Below, piece after piece: positions 39,868 to 53,665 of a stretch of 64,000 bases of DNA. The position numbers were made by a program, and so were the translations under genes. Position 1 is the first letter of the stretch. The number at the start of each line of letters is the position of its first letter. The stretch is from the human T2T-CHM13v2.0 reference genome, Homo sapiens. A model generated the notes under the pieces. That model made no database searches. It was not told the origin of the DNA and was given only the letters and a program-made list of their open reading frames with translations. The stretch lies in assembly GCF_009914755.1 (NCBI RefSeq), contig NC_060933.1; one strand, given 5' to 3'.

Positions 39868-42481
39868 GTCAGTGCGGTGCCCAGGTCTCCCCACCCTGTC
39901 GCCTTCCCCATCCTGTCCTTCAGTGTCTGGCACCCGCAGTGTGCCTGATGCTGCCTGGCCCCTGAGTTGTACTGACTTGCCAGTCCCCTGGCCTAGTCCC
40001 TTTTGAGCTCTCAGGTGGGGCAGCGTTCAGCATGTTGCTGTGGTTTTGTGATGGAAAGAACCTGGACACGCCAGTCTGCCGTCTCTGGTGATGAGGGAGC
40101 GCCCTTCATGTGCCGGGGGCTATTGTGGGTGCTTGGGCTGCAGCGGGAGTGAGACTGGCAGGCCCTGTGTGGGCCCCCACTTGGGGTGGGCGGATGGCTT
40201 CACCTGAGGCTCCTCACCTGTCCGTGGGAGCTAAGGTGCTCATGTCACAGCCTTGTGATGGGGCCAAGCAGGGGCACGTTGGGGGCCTGAGCACCAGGCA
40301 GGCCTCTTGCTGGGACTAGAGAATAAACAGAAAGGACTAGACTTTGAAGTAGAACGGGGTCTGCAGACTCTGCCAGCCCCAGAAAGCAGCAGGGCATGCA
40401 GCAGTGGGCTGCTTAGACAGGCCCCTCAGCAGGACCGGAATCAGTCCCGGAGAAACTTGCGGTAAGGCCGACTTCACGGCCACCAGCTTGCTCCTGGGAT
40501 ATATGTGTGTGATGGCCAGCCAGCCTGGTGCCGAGTATAGCCTCGTTCTGTGGTGGCACACAGGACTGTGCGGGAGGGCCTTGCTGTCAGCCCAAGCAGT
40601 GGGTTCATATTCACCCCAGAGGAGCTGCCCAGGTTTAACCTGTGTCCCCCTCCAGCTCAGGGCTTACAGCCCCCACCCACCCAAGCCTCCGTCCACAGCC
40701 TGTTCTGACACCACTCTCTCCCCGGCCTTACCTCACTCCTTGTTAGGTTCATCTCTTTCACTCACCTGCACCTTCCCCTGCATACACTCCTGCCCTTCCT
40801 GCTCCGAGGCCACACCTGGTACCCTCTGTCGCAGCCCTGATCCCATCAGGATAGGGTTGTGCCTGTGCCTAAAACATTTCCTGTGAATGCTGGGGCACCC
40901 TGGGGGCAGGTGAGCCCACCACCTCAGGACTGGGCACACAGGAAGGCCAGAGAAGTGTTTGCTGCTCCCCAAGGACAAGAAAAGGCAGGGGGAATGGGCA
41001 GGCCAGGAGGGTTGGCACCCAGGGCCTTAGCCCCTGGGCTATACAAGGTGCTTGCCTGGGCCAAATGGGCACCTCAAGATGGGCCACAAATGTGCAGCTT
41101 TCCACACCCCTGGGCCGGTGGAGGAGAGCGACTGTAGGGCCTTGAACTCTGGGAACACACTTCCCATTCCCAGCTGGGCTGTGCTTTCCCCCTCCCCCTC
41201 TTCCAGGGGGGCTGGGCATGTGACTCAGGGAAAACATATTTGTGGACAGTGATTTTCCATTTCCTCTTTCTGGCATTTATCAGAGGCACCTCTCCATTCT
41301 GGACAAGGCCATTGATAGATGTCACCACTCAACACCTGCCCCCTGTCCAGTTCTGTGCCAGGCACTGTGAGAGCCACGGCTAAAGGTGGCTCACCTTCAT
41401 TCCCCGCTAGGTGTGCCCTTGATGGGTCAGCCAGCATGCATTGCAGGAGAGCCTGCTGAGCAGGCTGCTGGGCCTGTGGGGGAAGAAATTTCAAGTTGGT
41501 CAAGCCTGTTGTAGCCTTGGGGTTTTAGCCTTACGATGGCTCTGTGAGCTTGGCAGGGCAGGCCTTGCTCTCAGTTTAGGGGAGAGAAAACCCAAGCCTT
41601 CCAGGAGGGCTAGGGCCTTGGTCAGATCACCCTGAGCTCATGGCAGAGCCAAGTGTAGACTGAGTTCACGGACCACTGGGGCCTGGCCTGCCCCAGGCTG
41701 GGAGATGCATCTTTTAGGGAAAAAAGATAGGAAACCCACTTAAGGGTTGGCCAGGTGGGCCTGACCATGGCAGGCCAGGATGCCCAGTGGAACCAGGAGC
41801 CCCATTGTCTAGGGCCAGCTCTGCCGGCTTGCTCCATCACCCTGGGGCAGTCACTACCTCCCTTTCCCTCCCCATGTAGAGAATGGAGAGCTGTGTTGTC
41901 CCACCGTGTTCAGGGGTAGTCCCATCTTCTTGATCTTTCTGAGCTTTTAGGAAATCCTGGATTCCTGTGACATTATTCAAGCAAAGGAAATTAGTCTCAA
42001 AGCCAGTGATGGGAACCCAAGGAATAGTGGTCTATTCCTGTTTTCCTCACTTCCCCCTAGACCCAGATGCCTGCTGTTTGGGTTGAAAAATGAAGTAGAC
42101 ACTGGCAGAGAGGTGGGGAGGGCCCAGACCAGAAGCTGGAGAGGTGGTTCAGCACTGGCCCTTGGCAGTTAATTCCGGTTAGGACGGAGAGCCAGCTCCT
42201 CATGCCTCCTCCCATCCCACCTGCCCGGCCCTTCACTGAGAACCCACTGCCCGATGGGAGCCTGGGTCTCCCTGCTCCTCCTCCTGCCTGGGCACTTGCT
42301 CCAGCCACCCTGTATTGACTGCTCTCCCCAGATGGCTGTGTCCTCAGAGCTCAGACAGCGGGGCTGACCTCACGCAGCTGGCGGGGTAGAGCCAAGGTTG
42401 GAATGCAGGTTCCTGCTCTGTGCACTCCTGTCCTGGGCCCCTGCCTGACAGCCAAGCCCACCTTTGTCTGTCCCTACACAG

Positions 42482-42718
42482 TGTCTTCCCACGGGAGTTG
42501 AAAGAGGTGTTTGCCTCGTGGAGGCAGGAGTGCAGCAGTCGCGGCCGCCCGGACATCAGTGAGCGGCTCATCAGCGCCTCCCTCTTCCTGCGCTTCCTCT
42601 GCCCAGCCATCATGTCGCCCTCACTCTTCAACCTGCTGCAGGAGTACCCTGATGACCGCACTGCCCGCACCCTCACCCTCATCGCCAAGGTCACCCAGAA
42701 CCTGGCCAACTTTGCCAA
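42482..42718 (+). CDS. DAB2IP: DAB2IP coding exon (RasGAP FLR motif)
   Basis: acacag|TGTCTTC … GCCAA|gtgagt; [10 protein letters not shown]…[17 protein letters not shown]…[13 protein letters not shown]; RasGAP signature. Confidence 0.98.
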
Positions 42719-43249
42719 GTGAGTGCCTCCTCCCTCACCAGGCAGAGTTGGGCAGGGCTGGTGTCCACAGGGCAGGCCCTGGGGGTGTTTCTGCCCCCAA
42801 GCTGAGCAGAGACCATAAACAGGCCCTGGTTTTGTCCCTGTCATCCTCAGTCCTTCTCCTTCCCGCTTTTTAAAAAATAAAATCTCCACACCCTGTCCTT
42901 CTACTCAAGGTATATGTCATTTTGGTATGTTTCTTAATTTTTAAAGGTGACGACATGAGACATTTTTTTCCTTCTGCTTTTTTGAATTAATGTATTATTA
43001 TAAGGATTCTCACATATCCCTTAACATTCATTAAGCCCTGTTTTGAAATAAATGACTAATATTCCTCCAAGGGGGACTGGCCCATATTTCCTTAATCCAT
43101 TCCCTGTGCTTGGGCACTTGGGTTGGGCACCACCATCCTGGTGTCAGGCTATCAGGATGTCTTTGCTGATAAAGCACTATTGGTGTTTTTGGCTGCATCC
43201 TTAGAGCAAGTGGGCAGAAGTAGAAGGGCTGGGTCGTCTCACTGTTGTT

Positions 43250-44350
43250 CATTCTCAAAACATAGATTGAGCCCCATCCTGGGGCCATCTGTGTGCTGGG
43301 CTCTGACGGCACCAAGATGAATCAGTCCTGGTGGCGCTCAGCACTTCAGCCAGGGAGACGTGTGGAATGAGCAGGAGAGCAGTGATAGACACACACGAGC
43401 CTCTTAGGAGGGCTCTCAGCTTGTTGGGAGAGGAGACAGGAAAGCCTCCAGGGTGACATGATCCCCCAACTGCATGTCAGGGTGAGGCGTTCATTGTCTC
43501 AAGAGGAGCAGAGGCTGGGCATCCCAGGGAGGGCCATGCACTGTGCCAGGTCAGGAGAAGCGGGCGATGAGACCTAAGAGGACAGCAGGGACCTGAAGGC
43601 CAGACAGGGCTGTGGGAGCCACCAGAGGGTTTTAAACAAGGGAGAGGATGGCCTTCCTCTGTTCTGGATCCTGAAAAGCTCACCCTGACAGCAGTGGGCA
43701 GATGGGTTGGAGGGAGCAGGATGGTAGCCAGGAGACGTGAAAGGAGAGCATAGCTGTGGTTCCAGCAACAATAGCAGAAAATTCGCAGGGAGGGGAGCGG
43801 GTACAGGAGGCAGTGGCTGCAAGGGACAAGGTTAGGGGTGATTAGAAGGCAAAATCAGTGGGCCGTGCCATTTGGGAATGAGGAAGAGGGAGGAGTTGAC
43901 AGCTGCCAGAGATTCTGTCTCAGGTGTATCTGTATGGGTAGTGGGGTCTCCACTTAGGGTAGGGAGCTCAGGAGGAGGGCATGGGTTTGGGTGTTGATGA
44001 TGACTTCAGGTGTGGCAGGCTGAGTAGGAGGGACTCCCAGGGGTGGTGCCTGCAGATATATTAATACATGCCTGAAAGCTCATTGGGAGACCTGGGTTGA
44101 GCAGGGATTGAGCATCATCTGCATACCAGGGCAGTGAAACTTGGAGGAAAAGCCGAAGGACACTGTTAACAGGCAGTGTATGGGGGACACAGAACATTCC
44201 AGGTCCTGAGATAAAAGGTTCAGAAAAGGATCGCTGGACTTACCATGAGCAAGGAGGGCCCTGGTGACCTGGGTCAGAGCATATTCAGCTGACTTGGGGA
44301 GTGAATGGAGTGGGAGCCTGCCATAGTGGGGAAAGCGGGTGGTGGTGTCC
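43250..44350 (-). mobile_element. Degraded L2 fragment
   Basis: GTTCATTC…GGTTTTAAACAAGGGAG…GAAAAGCTCACCCTG…; purine-rich L2-like text; approximate. Confidence 0.45.
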
Positions 44351-44419
44351 CAGTGGAGGGAGTTCCTGGGCAGGGCCTGCCTGGGCCCAGTAGTGCTCAC
44401 CCAACTGCCCTCTCTCCAG

Positions 44420-44621
44420 ATTTGGCAGCAAGGAGGAATACATGTCCTTCATGAACCAGTTCCTAGAGCATGAGTGGACCAACATGCAGCGCTTCCTGCT
44501 GGAGATCTCCAACCCCGAGACCCTCTCCAATACAGCCGGCTTCGAGGGCTACATCGACCTGGGCCGCGAGCTCTCCAGCCTGCACTCACTGCTCTGGGAG
44601 GCCGTCAGCCAGCTGGAGCAG
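44420..44621 (+). CDS. DAB2IP: DAB2IP coding exon (end of RasGAP domain)
   Basis: ctccag|ATTTGG … GAGCAG|gtgcct; [30 protein letters not shown]…[10 protein letters not shown]…LEQ. Confidence 0.97.
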
Positions 44622-46533
44622 GTGCCTGTTGCCGTGGGGCGGAGGTGGGGCCAAAAGCTGCCATCAGGCTTTTAGTGTTCCCCCTTCCAGAGTAACCATG
44701 GAGGGCAGAGAGTTTGCCCAAGTGGCATGATCAGGCCAGGTCCTGTCAGAACACACTGGGGATCTGTGGGCCCCATTTTCTCTGTGGGCAAATGCTATGT
44801 TCACTCAGCAGTATCTGCCAAGGCTGCCCCACTCTGGGTACTAGAGCTGGGGTGTTCCGCATGCACTCAGCCTTTAGTGGACAAGCGCCACTGTGCTGCC
44901 TGCCAGAGCATGTGAGAAATAGAATTGGATCGTGAATCCGCCTGTATGAAGAAGATGACTCAAGACCCTGTACCTCCACTTGTCCAGCAGGAAGTCGAAA
45001 ACCTTTCTAGGATTGCCCTTGACCATCAGTTGACAAGGTTACTCCCTAGACACCTCTGACACTGCTGCAGTCACCTGAAGTGAGCCCTCCCTAGCCCGAG
45101 ACTTCACTGACCCCCAGCCTCAGCCCACACAGTGAGCAACTAGTTCTTGGACTTAAGGGCTGGGTCTACCAGGAACTACTTCCCGAATATCTGTTGCTTT
45201 CTAGGGCTCCAAGGGACCACCTTACTTTTGTAAGGTGCTGAAACTGGCCTGGAAGGCCCTTCATGCCTCCTGGTCCCATTCCCTAGAGGTGACCGCTCAG
45301 AGCACTGGTATGCAGCCTTCTGGACACGATCTGTGCATGTGTAAGCGCACACACACATGCAGGCGCACACACATAGAGCTCTTTTCCTTCTTCAGTTTGT
45401 TTTAAAGCAAGAACATACTGTGTATGCTGCTGTGTGCATTTCTTACCACTGTGTTGTGGGCCTCTTTGCTTGTCAGTGCAATCTCCACCACCCCCAGGGA
45501 CTTTTTAATGACTGCATTGTATGAATGCTATTTATTTCACCAGTCCCCTATTGATGGACACTTAGGTTAGTCCTGACTTTTCACTAGAAATAGGTCCTGT
45601 TGCAATCAAAGGCCATCATTTTTGCTCATTTGTATCCACTTGCCTTTGGCTGTGAGAGACACAGGAGGGAGAAATGGAAATGAGGGCTGAGACCCTACAT
45701 TCCACCTGTTCCAGTCCCTGCACTGCAGCCAACACTAGTCACTGTCACTGCCACCACTTACCTTTCCCCTGTGCTGTCCACGTATCTGCACAACCAGGCA
45801 GGAAGAATGGAAGGTGATCAGTATTGTCACATCGGTGATAGGGTGCAACAGGGATTTGAAACTCAACTGTTTGCCTCTCAATTGCGTGCTCTATTGCCTG
45901 CATGAGTTTTCACACTTTGTTTTCTCACAGAGACCTCTGTGGAAGCTTGTGCATAAACAGGTGAAGGCAGTGTCCCCAAAGCCTAGAATCCTCTGCCCCT
46001 TAAGTTCTCTAAAGCGTGCCAGCAAGGTTCAGATGGGTTCAGGCACTGCCTTCTGCCTGACCAGCACCTGAGGGTGCCTGCAGTGTGCTTGGACCATCTC
46101 CACTGGGGCTCAGGTGCCAAGGTGGGTCAGGCCCCAGCCCATCCCGTGGAGTAAGTGATGTGAGAGGGGCTGTCACAGAAGCCTCTGGATGGAGAGGTGG
46201 AGGTGTGGAAATGCTGGGATTCCATGTGTGCTTTCCTCTCTGCGGAGGCACCAGGGCAGGGCAAACTGAAGGAGAGGCTTGCACTAGGTCAGCGTCTCCC
46301 ACTGTGGGCCTCCTACTCCTGCCCTAGAAATGTCCGGGAGCTGGTTAAAAATGTAGATTTACCGATTCCTGGGCTCACCCCCCTCCCAGACCCAGTGGCT
46401 CTGACTGGCAGCAGGTGGGGATCTGCACTTCTGACAGGCTCCGCAGTGGTTTTGAGCCATAGTGGCTGCAGCACATACAGCCTACCCATGTGGTCCCAGG
46501 AGGTCACACCTGCCTCTTGCTGTGCCTTTACAG

Positions 46534-46712
46534 AGCATAGTATCCAAACTGGGACCCCTGCCTCGGATCCTGAGGGACGTCCACACAGCACTGAGCACCC
46601 CAGGTAGCGGGCAGCTCCCAGGGACCAATGACCTGGCCTCCACACCGGGCTCTGGCAGCAGCAGCATCTCAGCTGGGCTGCAGAAGATGGTGATTGAGAA
46701 CGATCTTTCCGG
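46534..46712 (+). CDS. DAB2IP: DAB2IP coding exon
   Basis: ttacag|AGCATA … TCCGG|gtaaga; [20 protein letters not shown]…MVIENDLSG. Confidence 0.96.
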
Positions 46713-48594
46713 GTAAGAGCTGCCAGCCATGTTGGGTGTGGTGGGTGCGTGTGCAGACTAGGCACAGCCCATCTGTAATCTCAGATGGGGAAAGAGGATG
46801 CCTACATAGTGTTTATAAAACAAGCCTGGCAAGACTTGAGTTGTACAGGTCCTAAGTGGTGAACCTCCATTTGGGAAAAATCAGGGAAGCCTTCCTAGAG
46901 GAGGTGATGCTATAGGTTTGTTTTGTTTTGGGAAAAGTAGCATTTCCATTGGTGGAAAAGGCATTCTAGACAGAGGGACAAGCACAAGCAAAGACATGAT
47001 GTGTCAGAGAATAATTGCTGGTCCCAAATACCCCCAGCATTTCCAGATCCCCTGATATTTGTTAAAAATACACATGTTCCTGGTATTTCCTGAGCCTGAG
47101 TCAGAATCTCCAGAAGTGTTTAGTTGGGGGTGTTTTCAATAGGAATTCGGTGGCTCTGCCAGGCTTTGAGGCTGGGAACAGCAGAAAACATAAAGTGATG
47201 CTGAGACCCAGTCCTGGGGTCTGCTCTGCCTAAATAAGACACACACGGCAGAGTGGAAGGCAAAATGTTCTTGTTTAAGTCAAAATAGAGACATTTCTAT
47301 CAGTTCATGTTGAAGCATTTCTGCTCTACCCCTACTCTCCCCTCTCCCGCCAGTGATCCTTCTTACCCCAGCATGTGAGGCCGCAGCTGTAGCAGCAGAG
47401 TTGGGAGTGTGGTCTCCCCCAAGGTGGTGGCAGGGCAGGCTTTTAAGCAGGGGAGGGTGCTGAGATCAAGAACCTGGGGTTAGGGGAGCCCAGGAGGGGC
47501 CAGAGATGCAGGTCCACTGAGTCTTGCATTGGGTCTGTTCAGTGAGTGTGCCAAGTGAAGACAAGCAGAGTCACATGCCAAGAGTTTGGAGTGGGGGGTG
47601 CAGTAGACAGCCCTTGAGAGGCTGAGAGGCAGCCGGGCCCGTGAGTTCTGAAAAGACTGACCTGGTGTGTGGCCTGGGCAGCCAGGCCCCCACTGCTCTC
47701 CGTCTTTCCTGGCTCATCTGCTGCTCTAGCCAGTTCTCCCAGGCCCGTGAGCACTGCAGCCCATCTCAGGGAGTGGCACTTCCTCTCCGTCTGAGGCTAA
47801 GCCAACCCATTCCCCATTCCAAGCCATATCAAGCCCCCCAAGTCCTTGCAGCCTTCAGTTCCCCCCACCCACATTCTTCTCTCCAAAGCCCCCCTGGACC
47901 CCGCCACAGTTGTGCTTTCTTCCAAGGAGCTAGCTTCTGGGGAGGGGCCAGGGAGAGGCCAGAGAAAAGCGTAGAATGAGGAGGAGGCCAGGGCAAGTGC
48001 AGCCCTCCCACCAAGTCATGCTCTCCACAGAGCCTGCTCTCATTCCTTGTTTTTGCCAGGAACTCCAGCCCCCGCCTGCCAGTCAAACAAGGGAGCGGCA
48101 GCAGGAGGCTGGGCAAGAGGAGGTTTCACCGGGCCCCCACTTCAGTTACCAGTCTGATTAGGAACAAGAGGGAAGAGGCAGAGGGAACCCAGTGACTCTG
48201 AAGTTGGGGTTCTCAATGCAGGATCCGTGGATAGCAGAGAGCCACTGAGTTGTGGCTTAGGGCTTAGCTAAGGAGGAGTTTTCCAGAGCAAGCCAGGCCC
48301 CAGTACCCATTGTCCCAAGATGCAGCTGAACAGGGAAGGGGTCTTCCAGGCAGCGCGGCCTGAAATGTGCAGTGCTGGCCCCTAAAGAAGAGGTTCTGTG
48401 CAGGAGCAGCCGCCTCAGCCTCTGGTCCCCGGATTCTCCCACTCCTGCCACCCCAGCGCATCCATCTCCCCAGCGCTGGCTCAGGCTGCCAGGCCCCGGC
48501 AGGTTGGCGGGTGCTGTCGGTTTGGACCCGCCTTGGCTGCACTCACAGTTCTTCTTTTCCCCTTCTTTCCCTGTGTGTGCTTGTCTCCCTGCAG

Positions 48595-49483
48595 TCTGAT
48601 AGATTTCACCCGGTTACCGTCTCCAACCCCCGAAAACAAGGACTTGTTTTTTGTCACAAGGTCCTCCGGGGTCCAGCCCTCACCTGCCCGCAGCTCGAGT
48701 TACTCGGAAGCCAACGAGCCTGATCTTCAGATGGCCAACGGTGGCAAGAGCCTCTCCATGGTGGACCTCCAGGACGCCCGCACGCTGGATGGGGAGGCAG
48801 GCTCCCCGGCGGGCCCCGACGTCCTCCCCACAGATGGGCAGGCCGCTGCAGCTCAGCTGGTGGCCGGGTGGCCGGCCCGGGCAACCCCAGTGAACCTGGC
48901 AGGGCTGGCCACGGTGCGGCGGGCAGGCCAGACACCAACCACACCAGGCACCTCCGAGGGCGCGCCAGGCCGGCCCCAGCTGTTGGCACCGCTCTCCTTC
49001 CAGAACCCTGTGTACCAGATGGCGGCTGGCCTGCCGCTGTCACCCCGTGGCCTTGGCGACTCAGGCTCTGAGGGCCACAGCTCCCTGAGCTCACACAGCA
49101 ACAGCGAGGAGTTGGCGGCTGCTGCCAAGCTGGGAAGTTTCAGCACTGCCGCGGAGGAGCTGGCTCGGCGGCCCGGTGAGCTGGCACGGCGACAGATGTC
49201 ACTGACTGAAAAAGGCGGGCAGCCCACGGTGCCACGGCAGAACAGTGCTGGCCCCCAGAGGAGGATCGACCAGCCTCCGCCCCCACCCCCGCCGCCACCT
49301 CCTGCCCCCCGCGGCCGGACGCCCCCCAACCTGCTGAGCACCCTGCAGTACCCAAGACCCTCAAGCGGAACCCTGGCGTCGGCCTCACCTGATTGGGTGG
49401 GCCCCAGTACCCGCCTGAGGCAGCAGTCCTCTTCCTCCAAGGGGGACAGCCCAGAACTGAAGCCACGGGCAGTGCACAAGCAG
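48595..49483 (+). CDS. DAB2IP: DAB2IP large coding exon (period-like/Ser-rich and proline-rich region)
   Basis: ctgcag|TCTGAT … AAGCAG|gtcagt; [20 protein letters not shown]…RSSSYSE (Ser codon 48698-48700 = S604)…SFQNPVY…P10…RLRQQSSSS; 889 nt. Confidence 0.97.
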
Positions 49484-50247
49484 GTCAGTGCTGCTAGTCA
49501 GAGGGCAGGGCTGGGCACTTGGGCCCAGCTGGGGCTGTCATACCCCATACCATGCTCCTCCTCTCGGTCATTTCACCTCCACCCTCACCCAGCTGCCATC
49601 CCATCCCACCAGCCTGCCACATGCGCCACCACCCCCTCCCCCTGGCTTCTTCCTGAATCCTGTGAACCAGGGACACTGTAGCCTTGGGGAACTCCAGGCT
49701 CCTCTGTCAGTGCCCCTAGGGGCAGGCTGGGGTCAGAGAGAAAGAGGAGGAGAGTGCATTCATCTTCGGTTCCAAGCCTGTCGAAGCGCCTACCCAGCTC
49801 TGCCCCCACACGCCCCTCCCAAAATGTTTTCACAGGCTGGACAGGCCTTCAGGCACAACCACCTGGAGCATGGATGACCCTGTCACCCAAAGGCTGCAGG
49901 CAGTGTCTGGAGTGGAGGTGCCTTGGGCTGACAGCCCAGCCTGGCCCTGTCCCCCACTCAGTGCAGCCTGCCCCGGTGCCCCCAGTGGCAGGGTCACTCA
50001 CTGTCCTCTTGGCAGCAGAGTGTGGTGCTCAGGAGGCCACCTGGCACCTGTCAGCTCTGCCTTTGGCTGCCGTCTGAGAGACAGTTCCCGGGTGGGGACT
50101 GCCTCGGTAGGCGCTCAGTCAGCTGGAGGTCCCCTCTTCCCACCGTGTCCCAGAGTTGCTTGTCCTTGTGGCTCACCTGGGCCACTCCCGCCCCTCCTGC
50201 TTGCCCTCCACCTCCCTGCAGCCCCTCACAGCTGTGTTTCATTGTAG

Positions 50248-50400
50248 GGCCCTTCACCTGTGAGCCCCAATGCCCTGGACCGCACAGCCGCTTGGCTCTT
50301 GACCATGAACGCGCAGTTGTTAGAAGACGAGGGCCTGGGCCCAGACCCCCCCCACAGGGATAGGCTAAGGAGTAAGGACGAGCTCAGCCAAGCAGAAAAG
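50248..50400 (+). CDS. DAB2IP: DAB2IP coding exon
   Basis: ttgtag|GGCCCT … GAAAAG|gtaaaa; GPSPVSPNALDRTAAWLLTMN…LSQAEK. Confidence 0.96.
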
Positions 50401-52185
50401 GTAAAACTGGACCCTGGCGGCTCGGGACAGGGCGGGGCTGCCTCCCGGCAGCAGCTGGTAGGAGTCTCTCCCCCAGGTCCCCCAGCAACGGGTGCTGCTG
50501 TCCTTGTGAAGGGCCCGTCACCTCTGAGCCCCTGTTCCCTGTGAGAATAGCAGTCAGTGGGGTCTGGAAGAAAAGCAACAAGAGGGATGGATTAGCAGCT
50601 TAGACCTGAGGCTTCCCATCTGCAGATTGGAATCACCAGGGAATTGTCTTGGATACAGACTCCTGGGACCTCTGGGAAGGCTCCTTAGCCCAGGCAACTG
50701 AGGCAGTTGAGCTTCCTGAGGACCTGGGGGTTGAGGGCTGAGGGTGCCCAAGTGACATATAGAAGCCCCCCTGAGGGAACTTGGTACCTGAGGAGGCAGA
50801 GGCATGGGTCCCCAGGATGGCTGGGAGAGCCACCCCAGCCTGGCCCCCAAGGCTTGTGCCTGCCCACGGCCTGGCTCTTCACCCCTCTGGTCTCCACCAG
50901 GGCCTGGGAAAGAAACAGCAGTTACCAGCTTGGGGGGTGGGGTCAGGCTGCCATTGAGATGTTTTCTTCCCCACCCCCGGGAAAAGAATCTACTCTAAAA
51001 ATGAAACTCTCACTCTGCCACACACTCTGCCATCTGCTGGGGCAAGGGGATGCTTCGTTGGTCTCCCAAGCCTTCCAGCTGTGGCAGCTGCTCTGGATCT
51101 GGGGGTAGTTTTTGTCTCCTACTGCCAGCTGCAGTCCATGTAGACGGAGGAACCAGCGCAGGCCCCAGAACGGCAGGCGCTTCTCCACTCCCCTCTGGAT
51201 GCTCTCGCCCCGCTGGGCCCCAGGAAAGCCTGTGGCAACCTCTCGAGCAAGGGTATTGGGGTCAGAATGGCAGAACTCCTTCTCCCCGGCCTCAGGCGAG
51301 GCCCGTCTCCATGCTGCATCCTGCCACCGCCACCATCCCCGGTCCGCTACATCCACCTGCTTTCACCATAGTTACATGAAGGGGACCGGGGGACAGGGAA
51401 CACAGTGCTCCCAGAGCCAGAGTTTGGCTGGGGAGTGAGGAGGACTGGCCTCACTCCAGGCTTTTTGCATCCCTGTGTCCTCATGGCGTCTGGCCCCTCT
51501 CGATCCCGGCGTTGGCCTTTCCTCGCTCAGCGCAGAGCACCTGACTCCTCTCTGCAGCCACGCCGCTTCCCAGCCTCGTCCACATCCCTGCTCCTCCCTG
51601 ATGGTTGGGGTCTGTGCTGGACTGAGGCAGATCCAGAGCCTGGACCACCTGCCTTTCAGTTCTCTCTCTCTCCATTTCCTCATGCCACTGCCACCCCCTG
51701 GCTTTAGATTCAAACAGAGGCTGGGAAGCTGGGATCTTACCCTGCTAGTCAGTCGCTCTTCATGTGACATGGTCACCTTGTCTGGGCCTCAGTTTCCCCT
51801 CCTGCAGAGCTCCCACCTCTCAGGGTGCTGTCACATGTCCTTCATGTATCCAAGGGTTTTTTAACCTTTGTCATATAAAAGTTCAAAGCCCTAGTTACAC
51901 CCTCAGTCCTGGGACTTGGGTCTAAGTCTTCATCCCCGCTGTAGCCATACAGGTCAGGCTGGGAGTTTGGAGTGGAGGCCCCACGGTGGGGCACAGGCAC
52001 GCGTCTGGCTGCAGCCCCCACCAGCTGGGCTCCTTGGGCATCTCCTTGCTATGTGAAGTGGGCGGGTCACAGCCACTGGGGCCTTTCAAGTGGGGCTCCC
52101 TCCTACCCTTCCTCCCACTCGGGCTGACGAAGCTGTGCTCTCTGTGTCCTGGGTGCTGTGCCCGTGGACGCTGCCCTCCTGGTAG

Positions 52186-52379
52186 GACCTGGCGGTGCTG
52201 CAGGACAAGCTGCGAATCTCCACCAAGAAGCTGGAGGAGTATGAGACCCTGTTCAAGTGCCAGGAGGAGACGACGCAGAAGCTGGTGCTGGAGTACCAGG
52301 CACGGCTGGAGGAGGGCGAGGAGCGGCTGCGGCGGCAGCAGGAGGACAAGGACATCCAGATGAAGGGCATCATCAGCAG
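52186..52379 (+). CDS. DAB2IP: DAB2IP coding exon (coiled coil/leucine zipper)
   Basis: ggtag|GACCTG … AGCAG|gtgggg; DLAVLQDKLRISTKKLEEYE…DKDIQMKGIIS. Confidence 0.96.
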
Positions 52380-53665
52380 GTGGGGCCCACACCTGCCTGG
52401 CCTGGCCACAGGCACAGGCAGGGCAGCCATCGCTGCCTTCGAGGAGGCCCCTGGTCGGGGAGCCTCCTCAAAGGATAAGCTGAATGTGGAGAGAGGAGGG
52501 AAGAGAGTGTCTGGGCAGTGGGAGCAGCGTGAGCACAGGCCTGGAGGCAGGAGGTGGCCTGGAGGGTGGGCAGCCCATGCAGAATACAAAGCTGGGGATG
52601 AGGCTGGACCAATGACAGCTGGCTCCCGACGGGCCTGAGCCTCTACAAGGAGCCATACCATCTTAGTAAGCACTCTCAGGGGCGCTGAGAAGCTGGATTG
52701 GGGGGTGCCAGGAAAGACAGGGAGGACCCCAATACAGGGTAAGAAAAGTGGGAATGAGTCTCAGTTACGTATAGTAGATGAAGGTGGAAGACACAGCGTA
52801 GCCCCCAGATTCCTACCAAGAGTGTCTGGGTGTGGGCGTATCAGGGTACCAGTTACTGAGCTGGGAACTGTTAAGAGGAGTGGTTTGAGTGGGGAGGGAG
52901 AGGGGGATGGTGCCAGTCTGATATCCTGAGTTTTAAGGGGCCTGGGTTATCTGGGAAAGGGCTTCAGAGGAACAGCGGGTTTTAATGCTGACTCTCATCT
53001 TTTTGAAGGCTTATGTCAGGCCCCATGTTGGTGCCTCCATCTCTGTCTCTGGCTCTGCCTATGGGTAGGGCATCCCTACCTTGGTGTCAGGCAGGGAGTA
53101 CAATCAACCCCAGGGTCCCAGTCGTGGAGTTTACTTCCTTCTCAGTAATACCAGGCACGGGAGGAGAGACAGTGTGTCTTGTTTGAATTGGCCTGGTCTA
53201 AGACCCCATCAGCTGGACAGACCAAGCAGGTGTGCAAGAGCCAGGAAGGCCTCTGCTCCATGTTTTGTCTATGACATAAGCCCTTCCCAGATTCCTCCTA
53301 TTTAGACCACCTGTTTCTCTGTTCCTGACTGTTGTTTGCTCCATTTACTTGTAGTTTGGTTCATTATGAAATAGTTAACATGAGTGAAACCAGGGTGGCT
53401 AGAAACCTGCTGTTCACTTGTTCTCCAGCTCTGCTCTTGGCTCACCTTGTGTGTGTTTCCAAGAATGGAAATGCTTTTCAATTTAACTGCCTTCTCTACA
53501 TTGTGTGTATTCTCTGATATTTGCATGTTCTGAATTCAGAGACTTGCTTAACACGTTCGTTTCTACTAACCAATCCTGGAATATTTCCTCCTTAATGTAA
53601 ATGTCAGTTAGGTAGATAGTGTTCAAGTATTCCATATCCTTACTGGCTTTTCTATTTCTCCCTTC

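Noticed and set aside
48853-49479. 208-aa antisense ORF with poly-Gly
   Set aside because: Shadow of the GC-rich DAB2IP exon; poly-Gly mirrors the poly-Pro codons.
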